DNA of 64,000 bases from Eledone cirrhosa. Its lineage: Eukaryota. Positions 41,690 through 54,806 of the stretch are shown here, in pieces (position 1 is the first letter of the stretch; each line of letters begins with the position of its first letter). Made by a program: the position numbers and the translations under genes. The notes below the pieces were generated by a model. The model did not search any database, was not told the origin of the DNA, and saw only the letters and a list, made by a program, of their open reading frames with translations. Location: positions 156,364,001 to 156,428,000 of the forward strand of contig OZ024741.1 of NCBI GenBank assembly GCA_964016885.1. The letters are read 5' to 3'.

Positions 41690-43425
41690 CTACCAGATTT
41701 ACCCGGCGTTGCTCGGGGTTTGAAATTATGCTAAGAATATACAGCTAGGAAGTAAAAGAAGAACATTATTTGTCCCCAACCTGTCAAAATAAGCAGAAGT
41801 CTTCAATAATTAACGCAAACGAATATTTAGTGCAATCTTTGTACACATAAAACTATGCTGATAATGAAGGAAAACACTGAACAAGATGTAATTATACAAA
41901 TGATTAAAGACAATACACGTTGCAAATCTGTAAAAAAACAGGCAGTTTTGCTAAAGTACAAAAAGTTGTAATGAAAGCAGAGTTGTATACAAATAAAAAA
42001 TCAATGAGAGTAGAATAAGAGAAAATCTATTCTTTGAGAGCATCCTTTGCTGTGTATGGTTAAATTTTTAACTTATAATCCAAAATATCCTGAATGACAT
42101 ATTCATTGGTATGTTTTGTAATTATTGAGGTGAAGTCAAGGCAGAGCTGTAATAAGTTTTTTTTTTTAACACTAAAGCACTTCAGGATAGACGATATTTT
42201 TTGTTTTTCTTTTCGCAACAAACGCAAAGAGATTATTTCGACTGCCAACTCGTGAGCAGGCAACGTAGAATTGTCCGTGCGAAAAGCACGGTTCATCCAA
42301 GTGAATTCCAGCGACGGACATAGTTTGACGTTGCGACTTGTTTATGGACATCGCAAAGGCAACACGAATGGGAAATTGGGTTCCGTGAAAGGAGAAGGGA
42401 GTATCCACGCCTGATGTAGTCAGGCTAACTTTTGTTATTATCACATCCTCGCCTTTTCCACATCCGGATAGAATGGTAGTGTCAATACTAAGTGGAGACA
42501 GATTTTAACCACAAGGCGTGTACCATTGCATAGCTTTGGAGGAGTGATATTTCTCAGCAAAATAACTGGTGTTCCCTCTTTCAGAACCAATGTATTAGGA
42601 GGTAAACCAGGAGGATTTAAAGAATTTATAAATTCAACTGGATAATTGACCGCATCTTGTGGATCACATACAGTATCAATAGATTTATATATCCGTGGCC
42701 ATCCAGGAAGAAGCTGAAGAAGCTGATCGTTAATACAGCTAACCGTGATATTTTTGGGTGCAAGAATGGCTCTTTCGCATAGCCAATCAAGATTCGTATA
42801 GTTATCACGCAAGTTCGGGAATACACTCGCCTTGAGATCATCGACAGTTTCAACTACATTGCAGATGTGATCAATTGCTATGTGTCCATCTGTATCCGGA
42901 GGTAGGTTAACATCTCCTATTGTAAGAATGTCTCCAGAAAATGTTGATGACAGAGTGTCCCCATGCAACCTTGCACGCATGTTGGTAGTTAGTCTTAATG
43001 ATGTCATTTGTCGCCACAATGGTGAAGACTTAAGACATGCATTTACCGCATCTGCTCTTGTTACTTTCAGTATTATATGAAGAGTCTGTCTGAAGTCTCC
43101 TGATAGCAGAAGGGTGACACATCCCATAACATCACTGCAATCCCGTATGTCTTGCAAAGGTTATCTCCCTTTTTAATAAGGATTGTCAATAAAGTTTGTT
43201 ATCTCCCTTACATCAATTTTTCTACCGATAATTTTTATATCGATTTTTTTATTGCTCAACGTGGGTCGATTTTAAAAATGTTTGTGATGTGACAATCTTA
43301 GCGACCTGTGCAACGTGCACAGAATATTTGGTCAAATTCAGTTGGTAATTGTGAAAGCCTTATGCATGCAGAGTTGTACACAGACACACACACACATCCT
43401 CGCTTTTGAACAAGAACAACATATA

Positions 43426-43440
<15 letters not shown>
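41690..43440 (-). mobile_element. Internally deleted Helitron
   Basis: 3' hairpin CCCGAGCAACGCCGGG followed by GTAG|T (CTAG variant); helicase remnant; 5' end merges into (TA)n. Confidence 0.8.
42172..43157 (-). pseudogene. Helitron RepHel Pif1-family helicase C-terminal half, frameshifted at ~42500
   Basis: GDFRQ, LTTNMR, RAILAPKN, LLRN..LCNGTRL, QFP.RVAFAMSINKSQ, FSHGQFYVACSRV, TKNIVYPEVL. Confidence 0.92.
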
Positions 43441-43519
<79 letters not shown>

Positions 43520-43554
43520 ATTAACATGAATCAGAGTTCTGTTCAAACCATTTA

Positions 43555-43604
43555 TTAGCTTACAATTGTTTCATCCAAACCGAGGTGTGGCGTCTTCCGA
43601 GCAA
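43555..43604 (-). ncRNA. Decayed hammerhead (U4->G)
   Basis: TTGCT-CGGAAGA-c..CCA..TGG..-GAAACAATTGTA-AGCTAA; palindromic stem III. Confidence 0.6.
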
Positions 43605-43796
43605 TTTTTCAATGTTTGTTTACATACATGACTTCCTTTCCAACACAAGAGACATACAGATACATATGTATATATTGATGCACAGTGGGGTGACATCCAT
43701 TATATTATTTTTGCATGGCAATTTAAATTAAAAAATTAAAATCATATTAAAACAGAATCAAAGCAAAATTAAAATTAAAATACAACATCGGCAGTT

Positions 43797-44101
43797 ATAT
43801 ATATATGAATGTATATATAGTGTATTTTTCAATACACTGTATGCTTAATTAAAAGCATTTCGAAGACCTTATGCTATTGTTTTAGAGTAGTGACAGTCTC
43901 ACTTACTTTAATTTTCAGCAAACAGGGGAGATAAAGCTGACAGAGCCCTTTTTCGCATTTTTTTATGCTTATCAAAGCTAACTACTCCTCCTGTTTGCTG
44001 AAAATCATGGATGTTTGATTCTTATAGAATTCTAGTAAATGCTTTTAATTAAGCATACAGTGTATTGCAAAATACACTATATATACATTCACATATATAT
44101 A
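43797..44101. repeat. Imperfect nested inverted repeat
   Basis: 43797-43860 pairs with 44037-44101; 43911-43930 pairs with 43987-44005. Confidence 0.8.
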
Positions 44102-44119
44102 GCTATTTCAGAGCACAAA

Positions 44120-44168
<49 letters not shown>

Positions 44169-44282
44169 GTTTGAATATGTATAATAAAGCCAAAACAATG
44201 CAGGTATGGACATAGAAAAAAGAATGCAATTGCAAAAGATATTGTTGACAATTCGTCTTTTACCTTAGATTTATTTAAATGT

Positions 44283-44317
44283 CCTTAATTTTCGAGATAA
44301 TATCTCTTCTTCAGAGG
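44283..44317 (-). ncRNA. Minimal type I hammerhead ribozyme
   Basis: CCT-CTGAAGA-a-GAGAT att ATCTC-GAAAATTA-AGG. Confidence 0.75.
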
Positions 44318-44711
44318 GAAATAAAGGTCTCAAACCAGCGTTCTAAATATCTTGCCAAGCCATGCTGACAGGAAATAGTATAGAGTATCTGTTCTATCTC
44401 TAATGTCAAAGAGTTAAAATTAGGTGGATAAAGAGTAGTCTCCCTTTAAAAGGGTTTTTTTAATTTTTTTTTATATACATGCCTGTTTAAGTGTGTGGGA
44501 GAATGCATGAAGGTGTAAGTATGTGAGTGTGTGTGTGTGTGAGTGTGAGAAGATAAGTCTATTCGTAAATGTGGGGGATAGGTGTTATCTGGTGTTAGAA
44601 CTGGTTTTGTGTGTGTATGTGTGAGAGAGAATAAGTGGAGGTGTAAGCGTGTGTGTGTGTGTGCGTGCGTGTGTGTGGGGGGGGGGGGTAAATATGGGGC
44701 TAGAAGCCCTA

Positions 44712-45350
44712 TCAGGTTATAAATTGGGTGTTGAGTTCTAGTCTATTATTGATTGGTGGTTGTGTTTTATCTATAATTAGTGCTTCCTTAATTCTAAGAT
44801 TGCCGAGGTTTCTTTCCTTAGTTTCTATCCTAACTGTTATGGTTTTGTCGGTGTTTTTGCATTTAACTAGGTGTTTCTTAAATGAGGAAGCGTTAGTATT
44901 GAGGTGTTCTTTTATTCTTATGTGGAGTGGTCTGGTGGTGCTACCTACGTAGAAGTAGTTGTATTTGTCACACTCTAGTCTGTATACGACGTAAGCCTGG
45001 TGGCATAGGTCTGTGTCGTTGATGGGGCAGTTGGCTAGTCTGCAGCAGTTGTCGTGTCTGGTGTCATGTCTTTTAGTTAGCTGTCCGCGTAGAGAAGGAC
45101 CTGAGTGGGCCAGTTGGATATCTAGTCCCTCTCGTCTGATGGCTTTGCGGATGGCTGTTGTTGTTTCTTCCCTAAAGTGTGGGAGCTTCAGGAAGCAAGT
45201 GTTAGTGCCTCGGGTGTGGTGCCCTCTGTTCTTTCTGGCACGGTTTGTGGTGGATGTCGTGTATCCGTTCAGTTTGAGTACTTCCAGGAAATGTGTGGTG
45301 TGTGTGTCTCGGTCTCTAGCGTCGGTGCATTTGTTCCGGATATAACCTCC
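44712..45350 (-). CDS. PLE C-terminus (thumb/linker + GIY-YIG), start-less uninterrupted frame of ~210 aa
   Basis: LKLNGY..LKLPHF..CRLANCPI..LCHQAYVVYRLEC..FYVGSTTRPLHIRIKEH..SSFKKH..LRIKEALII..PPINNRLE; no stops found. Confidence 0.85.
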   Translation of the reverse strand, partial: GGYIRNKCTDARDRDTHTTHFLEVLKLNGYTTSTTNRARKNRGHHTRGTNTCFLKLPHFREETTTAIRKAIRREGLDIQLAHSGPSLRGQLTKRHDTRHDNCCRLANCPINDTDLCHQAYVVYRLECDKYNYFYVGSTTRPLHIRIKEHLNTNASSFKKHLVKCKNTDKTITVRIETKERNLGNLRIKEALIIDKTQPPINNRLELNTQFIT

Positions 45351-45689
45351 TCCATATATATATATATATATTTAGGTGTGTGTGCGTACGTATGCATATA
45401 TACATATGTAGACAAGTATGCACACATAGGTGTTCACATGTCCACATATATAGCAGACTGGCACACCCAATATAAACACTCCACATACATACATGCATAC
45501 GTGTGAGTATGTATATGTACGTATATATATATACTGGTATTAAGTCGATCATATCAACACAGACACTTATTTTTTAAAACATATTACTTTATGTGTTGTT
45601 GTCTATTGATCTAATCTCTACTGTCTAGTTCATAATCAATCCACATACATACAAAAGCCAACACATACACGAAGTGAGACAAAATATAT

Positions 45690-46060
45690 ATGACAGGCTT
45701 CTGTATAATTTCCGCCCACAAACTCTCACTCACATGACGTTGGTCGATTCGTGGGTATAATGGTTTCTGACTTAGGCACAAGGCCATCAATTTGGGGGAG
45801 GGAAAATTGATTAAATCAATCCCCAGTGCGTTATTGTCACTTTGTTTCCTCTACCCCGTAAGGATGAAATGTAAAACTAACCTCAGTGGGATTTGAACTC
45901 TATATGCCGCAAAGCATGTTGTCCGACGCTCTATCGATACTGCCAATCCACCGCCCTTGATTCGCGACTACTAGAAAACGCTTGACCAAAGATATGAAGC
46001 AGAAGGACTGAACCCGAAACCACGTGATTATGAAGCGAAATCAACCTCCTTGGCCATGCA
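45690..46060 (-). mobile_element. tRNA-derived SINE interrupted by a second SINE (45765-45957)
   Basis: Outer head has GGTTCAGTCC (B box) and a tail matching 46400-46445. Inner element has GAGTTCAAATCC and the GGCCTTGTGCCTAA..AGAAA tail. Confidence 0.7.
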
Positions 46061-46084
46061 GTAATGAAAATAGAGTAAATTATA

Positions 46085-46275
46085 ATTGTTTCTACTTTTT
46101 GACACAAGGCCAGCAATTATCCCAGTGTATTACTGGTGCTTTATTGTATCAACCCCGTAAGGATGAAAGGCAAAGTTAACCTCGGCGGGGTTTGAACTCA
46201 GACCATAAAGGGACGTAATTCTTTGCTGCAAAGCATAGTGTCTGACGCTCTAGCGATACTGCCAATCCACCGCGT
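46085..46275 (-). mobile_element. tRNA-derived SINE
   Basis: TGGCAGTATCG A box, GAGTTCAAACC B box, GGCCTTGTG..GTAGAAAC tail; homologous to 63022-63200. Confidence 0.78.
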
Positions 46276-46297
46276 TGTTGTGTTCGATGTGGACACA

Positions 46298-46448
46298 ATA
46301 TGGCCGAATGGTTAAGAAGTTTACTTCACAGTCATTAAGTCCTGGGTTCGATCCCATTTCATGACATCTTCAGCAATCGTCATTTACCATAGAAATTGAG
46401 TTTGTGAGAGGACATTGGGTAGAGGGGAAGGTGTGTGGAAGCCCATTA
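46298..46448 (+). mobile_element. tRNA-derived SINE (second family)
   Basis: TGGCCGAATGG A box, GGTTCGATCC B box. Confidence 0.72.
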
Positions 46449-46709
46449 CAGAGACTTGTGATTGAAAGTGCCAACCTTAATCACGGAATGACACCGAAAA
46501 TGTATTAAGGGTATATGTGTTGCTAAAATGTTCATTGAGTGAACAACTGAAACACTCAACCTCGAAACTGTCTGATGTCCATTCTGTTGAGCTTGATGTA
46601 AATGTAAGAAAAATACGATGTTATTTTAACATCGTATATTCCTATATACAGATAAAGATAAATATTTCCTTTGCCCATTCTCTGGAGGAGTAATTGTGCA
46701 ATAGCTATT

Positions 46710-46711
<2 letters not shown>

Positions 46712-46751
<40 letters not shown>

Positions 46752-46795
46752 TTATCATCATCATCATCATCATCATTATTATTATTATTATTATT
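46712..46795. repeat. (TAC)n(ATC)n(ATT)n compound microsatellite
   Basis: Direct inspection. Confidence 0.95.
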
Positions 46796-46992
46796 GGTCT
46801 AATCGGACGTATTTTGCTCGTTCCCAGTAAGTCGCTTTATTTGCCTGTTAAAATTATTTGTTGTTAAATATTACTTGTTGTGTAAGAGATTAGACTTTGC
46901 CCTGTGAAGGGGAAAGTATAATATTTGGGCCTTTTGGCCCAAATATTTGAACTTTTTTTACATTTTAAAAAATTTACGGAGAAAAAAAAAAC

Positions 46993-48954
46993 ATGGCTGA
47001 GTCACGCCCCCCCCCCCCCCCCCCCGCGATATGTCTGCTGTCGTGCCACAACGACGTAGAAGTTGAGAGGAGCGCTACAGCGAAATTAACACAAATTGAT
47101 AACACAAACACCACCACAAACAATGTAAACAATGACACCAATGATACCAATGAGAACTCTAATTTTGAAAAAAATGACAGTAACAGCGACAACGAAAATA
47201 CAGATGACAAAAAAAAAATGACAAATGCAACAACAATATCAACACCACTAACATGAAAACAAATAGCGACAATACCAACTGCACCTAGAACAACGGTGGC
47301 AACAAAGACAACAATGATAACAGCGACAGTGATAACAACAACATCAACCATAACAACGACAACGACAACAACACCCCCAACGAAAACAAGAAGAACACTT
47401 TCGCTGCGGCAGCAGCAAAAAAGAGGCCATGCTTCAACACGGACCTCTCAAACAAAGATGAAAAGTTGGCTCAGGCATGGAAGCTCATCAAGCAAGAGCA
47501 AACCTGGGCCAACTTAACTGTCCCGGTAGAAGCTATTGAGGCAGTGGAGTGCAGAACTGTGCATTATAGATGCATCTCAGCACAAACCAAAAGGGCAGCT
47601 TTAATCCCACAAGAAGATGTCGAAGTCGCGCTGAGGTGCATCAGAGAAGACACCGAATACATAGAGAGGGTCAGAGTGTACGGCACCATTGAGGTGTTGT
47701 TCAAGTCAGAAGCCTTCGCTATGAAACACGCTATGACTCCTTGCAAAACCAGCAAGGTCACATGGGAAAAAAGAACGACCCGTCTCCGCATTCCCAGAAT
47801 CCCACCAGGACTTGACATGAGGTGGCTTCTGGGATATGTGATTGTGGAGGGGACGGATACCGTCGCTATAGAAGTGACCAGAACGGCCAGAGAGGACTGG
47901 TCCGGAGTTGACCTGGAGATCCTTCTCCAGATCAGGCCCGAGAATGTGAAGACAATCCCGGACCACATCTGCCTTCAGAATGGGACGGCCATTCAAATTA
48001 TGACCGAAGGCAAAAGGCCGCAGTGTTTTGTTTGTGGGGAAAAACCCATTTGCGAGCCTTCTGCTCTCAACTGCTGAAAGAGGCAAGGGGTCGAAAGGCT
48101 CCATTGCTGCCGACGCCGGGGCGAGGACCACAGCCAACACCAACACCGGCAAAACCACCAACAGCAACACCAATAGAAAGACCACCACCAACATTGACTA
48201 CCCAGGGGGGAAACGAGGAAAGCTGTCAAATTCTCCCTCCCCCCCAAAAATACACACACCAATAAAACCATAAACATACATACATACACACTTACAGACA
48301 CAGACCCCCTCATCTACCAGTAGTGAAGATGAGGGAAAACCAAAATCCCCCAAAATACTAAAAAGGAAACACAAAAAGAAAAAAAAAACTCAACAAAGCA
48401 CAAAATCACCCACAATAAAAAACGCAGACACCACCCACGCAAACATCTCTCCAATAACACCAACATCAACACCACCATCACCATCACCAGAATTCCCCAA
48501 ACGCAAACAACCTAAACAGACGCAAGAACAAATATACACACAAACATCTGAAACCACAGACACCGCACTCACAACAAACACAGACACAACCTAAACAACA
48601 CCACCAAAACCATCACCACCACAGCCACGCAAACAAATAAAATCACACCAACAAAACATACAAAACTTTGTGCTCGTCAGGAGGGCCAACAAGGAACTGA
48701 TGGCCCTCGTAGCACGAAGTGAAAATATACAAAAAGAAGGGGGAATTTTTAAATCGAGCACATTTCGCGTGCCGGAAGATTTGGTTCTGGTGCGAATGTC
48801 GATGGAATTATACAAAGAAATACGAGAGCTTTCCTCGGGACGTGGGAACCCCGAACGTAAAACCAACTTCAAGACTTTTAAAGGGGTTCCCAAAAGAAAC
48901 CCCGCCAACTATGGAGGTCGAACAACCCGACCTTCACAAGAGCCCGGAAGGTAA
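46993..48954 (+). pseudogene. Tx1 ORF1 (gag-like, CCHC knuckle), frameshifted
   Basis: TFAAAAAKR; RPQCFVCGEK/THLRAFC split by a frameshift; Thr/Pro/Lys-rich tails. Confidence 0.75.
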
Positions 48955-48990
48955 GTAAACCTTTCCTCTCTCTCTTTTTAACCTGCCAAC

Positions 48991-51900
48991 ATGGCCGTAT
49001 TAAGAGTAGAATGTTTAAATGGTCGAGGCCTGGGATCGTCCTGGAAGCAGGGTCATCTGCTCAATGACCTCAGATCTCTAGATATGGATGTAATTGCCGT
49101 CAGCGAGTCCAGGATTTCCGACACGCGCGCACTAGCCCCTATTTTCGACGACTGTCAGATCTTTGTGTCTGTTAGCCGGCCGGGAATGGGAGGCGGGGTG
49201 GCAGTGCTGTTTAGGAAAGGCCTGGATCTCGAGGTAAGGTCGATCTTCCGGGACCCAGACGGGAAGTTGGTGGTCCTGGACGTGAACAATAACGAAGATG
49301 GTGCCTTTAGACTGGTGGCCGTCTATGCTCCTACTGGGGCAGGACGGCCTGACTTCTTTAGACGCCTGGAAGCCTTTCTGGGCACGTCTCGCCCTTTACT
49401 GTTAGCGGGGGACTGGAACGGCATCTTAGACGCACGCCGGGACTGTGTGGGAGTATCCGATAGGAGCGGGGGGTGCAAAAGCCTCAAGAACCTGATCAGC
49501 CAGTTCTAACTGTCTGACAGGTACCGACGAGATTTCCCTAATGCGCCAGTGTGGACCTGGGCTAACCGCATAGGGTCATCTAGATCGTATATAGACAGGA
49601 TATTCATTAGGAAAATAGACAGAAATAGTGTAAGCTGTCCACGTTTTGACACCGTCGCCTATTCAGATCACAAGTTTGTGATCTGTATGGTCGACCTAGA
49701 TAAGACGCGTAGGTTAGGACCTGGTTACTGGAAGCTAAACATGTCATTTCCGGCACGTAAGGCTTACAGGGACCAGGTCAACAATTTAGTTAAGAAAAAG
49801 TTGAAAGGGGGAGTCGTCAACAATAGATGGCGGAGGCTCTCAAAAGAGAGATTAGAGTAATGTCGATAGGGTTTAGCAAAGAAGTAGCGTTAGAGAAAAA
49901 TAGAAAGAAGAGGGAGTTGGTAGATAAGTTATACGAGGCTATTGGTAGTGGCATTGCAACTGACGTGCTAGCGGCGAGAATGGCAATAGACCATTTCTTC
50001 AATGCGAAACACGAAAGTTGCATTGTCAGAGCTAAGGCGCGTGCCCTGAGAAACGAGAGAACCAAAGCTGTTCGATGGGCCCACGTGGCAGAGGCAGAGC
50101 GTGGTAATAAAACCACGATTTGGTCTTTGACGGACCGAGACGGACACGAGCTGAGCGATTCCAAGCGGATGTGTGAGGCCTTTCGCCAACATTTTGCTCG
50201 GTTGTTCGGGGGAAGTGGCGGGTCAGAGATGGTGGCGGACTTCAGTCCCTACCTTGATGGCTTGCCGCAACTCTTGACGGCTGACGCTGGGCGCTGCGAA
50301 AGGCCAATTATTTCAGCCGAGATTCAGGATGCCCTTGTCGTCTGCATGATGCGCAAGTCACCCGGTTTGGATGGTCTGCCCTACGAGCTTTACGTAAATA
50401 TGGCAGACTTGTTCTCCAATCTCCTCGAAGCCCTCTACTGCAACTGACAGCAAAACGGGAGTATTCCCAGTTCTTTGAGCCGGGGCGTAGTGACGCTGAT
50501 AAGGAAAGACGAGAATAAGAGGGTCACATTAGACAATTTCAGGCCCATAAATCTGCTCAACACAGAGTTTAAGATTTTGGCCAGGGTGTTAGCGAAGAGG
50601 TTGGCGCTTGTCGTCGGGATTTGGTTGGGGCGGCGCAAATTTGCGCAATCCCAACCAGTTCCATACCCGACAACCTCCACCTAATGTGATACATCATAGA
50701 GAGGGTAGGGTGTAAACCTGGCTTCGGTGGGGCTCTGATCAATTTAGATCAATCGAAAGCATTCGATAAGGTCGACCATCTGTACCTGGAGGCTGTCCTC
50801 AAGGCGGCTGGCTTCGGCCCCGTCTTCAGAAGCTGGATCGCTGCAATGCACAACGGCACCTGCTCGATGGTCAAAATTAATGGCCACCTCTCGGAACCGT
50901 TGCAGGTCTCCCGATCGGTCCGTCAAGTGTGCCCTCTCTCCTCCCTTCTGTACGTACTGACTCTTGAGCCTTTACTGCGGAAACTGGAGCTGTCGCAGGG
51001 CATCCCGCTCGAACCGGGACGCGGAAAGGCTGTGTCGGCTTATGCGCACGACATCACCGTGATGGTGTCGGACACCAACGAATCGAGGTGGTCGGCAACT
51101 TATTGAAGGAATATGAAAGGTTGACGGGAACAAAACTTAACCCGGAAAAGTCGTTGGGCTTGCAACTCGGCACCTGGAGAGGCAAGTCCATGTCGTCCAA
51201 CAGCGTCGTTAGGCGCTGGACGGACGGACCAGTAATGTTGCTAGACGTTTGGTTCGGGCCAGACCTCCAGATGGATAAGAATTTGGACGAGGTGACGGGC
51301 AGGGTAGCCAGTCTCACTCAGAAATGGGCTGGGATGAAGCTATCACTGAAAGGTCGAGCGGAGGTGGCGAACGCGTACATCGCGTCCGTCATCTACTACC
51401 GTCTGACCGTCGTCCCTTGCCCCTGTTCGCACCTCGCGATCTTGGAGCGGCTCCCCTTCAAATTATTGTTGAGGGGTCAGGTTCCGCTGGTGAGGCGGTC
51501 CATCTGCTGCCAGCACCCTCTACGTAGAGGGCTGGGCATGCCGTGGCTAATGATGCGCAGGCATGCCCTGAGGCTGCGGCATCTCCAGATATTCTGCCTA
51601 AACGGTGAACAGGTGTGGTCGCCGTTTGTCAGACGGGCCTTTCCGCAGCTCGTTTCTTTGACTGAGGTGCAGTCCTGTGTCAAGAAGAGACCGAGACTGG
51701 GTGACTGGCATCTGGAATGTTGCCAGGCACTCACTGCCCTCTACCAGGCGGGAAATGCGGTCAGTGGAACTTCCACTCTCGAGTTCTATAGAGGATTAGT
51801 GGTGGGCAAGTGCGACGACGCACACGGGGAGGCTCTGGGAGTCGCCGAAGTCGAACTAACCAGTCTGTACCGGAGGACTTTCGAGCTGGGGACGATGGAT

Positions 51901-52407
51901 AATTTCCAAAAATCCCTCGCTTGGCAGTGCTACCGGGGGTCACTGCCGGTTCGAGATAAACTCTACAGGCACGGAAGTGCTGTCAGACGGACCTGCTCGA
52001 GATGCGCGCAGAGCGACGAAACCGTTTTGCACGCACTCGTCCAGTGTCCGTGCATTACTGACTTGTGGAGTTATGTTGAACAGCCGTTGTCGCGTGTAGA
52101 ACGGATCCGTCTATAGGAGGAGTCCATAGTGAAGATAGACCCGCCGCCTTCTTTTGGCGAGGAAGGGCAGGCAATTTTCCTCTGTCTGGTGGCAGTAGCG
52201 AAAGAGGTTGTATGGTGGACGAGGTTGAAAGGACTGAAGACAGACACTTTCCTCTTCGGCCAATCCCTCATCAACTTTTTCAAGTTTCACTTGGAAAGGA
52301 AGGTGAGGGTGGAGAGAGTGCTGCCCCCCAGTACATTTGCTGAAAGGTGGGTGAATGTGGCGAGAATGGCCCGGGTGAGTAGGCCTACTTTGGTCATGCG
52401 GCTGTAG
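48991..52407 (+). pseudogene. Tx1 ORF2 (APE endonuclease, RT, Zn finger), disrupted
   Basis: LNGRGL, VYAP, GDWN, SRSYIDRIF, SDHK, GYWKLN, KSPGLDGLPYELY, FRPINLLN.EFKILA, DQSKAFD, VRQVCPLS, AYAHD, C..C...ETVLHAL..C. Confidence 0.93.
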
Positions 52408-52906
52408 CCAGGTAAATTTGAGGAGGAGAGGGGATGCCCTTCCAGGGTGCTCTCGAAGCGTCGGGTCGTTCAGGATTGGTGGGGTACCTGAGCGAACCCT
52501 GGGTGGTCATCCCCCCTATTGGGGAATTTTTTCTTCTGGTAATTTTATTGTTACTTTATTGTTACTTTGTTATTTTTATTCCTAATGTTTACTCGATTTT
52601 TCTGTAAAACCCCACTGTCCCAGTCTTTTGTATTGTCCCCTATATGTCGGCCCTTGTGGCCAATAAATGAAATCATTATTATTATTATTATTGGCGACCT
52701 ACGTAGGAAATCGTATTATCGTGAGCTCCTCAAAGGTTTGTTGTTTTCAGTTGTTTAAAATTGCCATTTATGGAAATTTTTTTATTGTTAACTGTATATA
52801 AGTGCACATACATTGTTTTCTGAAAAGGACACTCAAAAAGATTGGAGTCTCGAGCCCAAAGTTTAAACTTTTATAATTATCAAACAAAAATTTATTTGAA
52901 AAAATC

Positions 52907-54767
52907 ATGGACGACGACTCACAGTCACCCCTTCCTCACAAACTAACACCTCACACCGACACCACCATTGTAAATATTACTACGTTTGCCAACACTAAAA
53001 ATATAAGCAGTAGCAATAATTTAAATTTGTCTCATGCAGACATTCATTTCCCGCCATTACCAATGACTGCAGGTGTTGAAGCCGCCACCCCCACCACCAC
53101 CACAGAGACAATAGAAACAAAAGAAATAAAGAAATTATCTCGTGACATCGAAATGGATTCACCCAGAATGGACTCTTCCACACTGAACACCACTGACGCC
53201 ACCATCACCACCACAACTGAAACTAAAAATAACAATAACAAAATTAACGATAACAACAACAGCAACAACAAAACCACCCTGTCTTTTGCCAGAGTAGCAA
53301 AAAAGTGCGAAACAATCCAGGTAACTCAGGAGGAATTAGATGAAGCTAAGAGAATGGTAAAGAATGATGGGTTCAGGGTCAGCCTCACCCCCCACCTAAT
53401 AAAATGGAGCATCGGCGCCTATGCACCGTGTCTTATCGGACGATTAACATGAAATCGCGCCGAGTGGAATGGGCATCCGTGTCCCAAATACAAAAAGCTT
53501 TGGGACATGTGTGGGCAAAAAAACCCCACATTAGACGTGGGCAGAAATATGGAACCGTGGACGTGTTCTTTGGAACACCACAGGAGGCGAGAGAACACTC
53601 CATGGCCCAATTAAGAAGTGACGACTTCAAACTCATCCCAAGCTATTGTGGCCAGAGACTCGTGAAGATCAGGGTGACCCACGTTCCACCGGCCATCGAA
53701 ATTACCTGGCTAATGGCTGCCGTCCTCGCCAGCATCAAGGCCAACATCAAGATAATCGAAATAGCTCAAGAAAAGTAGGAGAATTGGTCCGGATATGGGA
53801 GGGAGCTCCTGATCCAAGCGTACCAAAAAAGCATTGAGGAAATCCCAGAGATAATAGACCTCACTGACGGCAGCCACCTCACCCTATCGTCGAGGGCAGA
53901 AGGCCTAGGTGTGTCGTTTGTGGTGAAGGAACCCATCTAAGGGCTTTCTGCCTTCAGGCTAAAAGGTTGAGGCCACCTCTCTTAGCTACCCCAGTGACTC
54001 AACCATCAACACCACCCCCAGCAGAAATGGCAGCAACAACAGAAGCAACTGTGACAGCAACAACCCCAGCAACAGTAGCAAAACCAACACCACCACCATC
54101 CACTCACCGACCTATCGCAACTGGAGACAGATTGTGACGACGAGGAGTGGGAAACGGTATCAGGAAAAAAGAAAAAGAAACGAAAAAAGAAAAAATCCTC
54201 TTCCTTCCCCCTCCAAAAACAAAATACAGAGGGAAACAAATAAACTATCAAACAAAAAAGTTAGGACAGATATGCCACCATCCACACCAGCATCAGCAAC
54301 CCCATCACCACAAACACCAACACCATCACCATCACAAAAGTCACCAAAAAGCGTAACAGAAACAAACCCACAACAAACGCAAACAAAACAAAACAACCAA
54401 AACGATACACACTACACATCATTAAATCGATAAAATAAAGTACCAGTAATGCACTGGTTAATTGCTGGCCTTGTGCCTAAAGTAGAAACAATTAAATTTG
54501 AACAACAACCAATTATTACACTACATCCAACACAACACCAGCATCACAGAAAAAGACTACACAACAACCCAAAAGTTCACACCACCTCCACACATACAAA
54601 TCACTCGCATCACACAGAAAACGTACACGACACTAAAACAAAAATTCCCCAAAGACATCGGAGACATCCGACAAGCACTCTCCAGGAGGATTTATAAGGA
54701 CATCCTTCCGGAGGAGGCCACAAGCAGTGAAAAGGATGGAAAACCATCCTTCCTGTACGAGAAGTAA
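52907..54767 (+). pseudogene. Tx1 ORF1 (CCHC knuckle), disrupted
   Basis: LSFARVAKK; RPRCVVCGEGTHLRAFC at ~53900-53951. Confidence 0.75.
54428..54490 (+). mobile_element. SINE 3'-tail stub inserted in ORF1 with ATTAAAT target duplication
   Basis: ATTAAAT at 54421-54427 and 54491-54497; matches SINE tail 63134-63197. Confidence 0.8.
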
Positions 54768-54806
54768 GGTAAGTGGTCTTTCCCATCTTTTCCACTCCAT
54801 TTCAAC

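Larger units (their letters stand above)
44166..45352 (-). mobile_element. 5'-truncated Penelope-like element flanked by (TA)n
   Basis: Open EN frame, 3' UTR with (CA)n, and a hammerhead in the sense orientation. Confidence 0.88.
46796..52674 (+). mobile_element. Full-length decayed Tx1-type (L1 group) non-LTR retrotransposon, copy A
   Basis: ORF1 plus APE-RT ORF2; AATAAA then (ATT)n; preceded by (ATT)n. Confidence 0.9.

Noticed and set aside
46298-46360. tRNA gene
   Set aside because: A and B boxes only, no full cloverleaf; continues into a SINE body.
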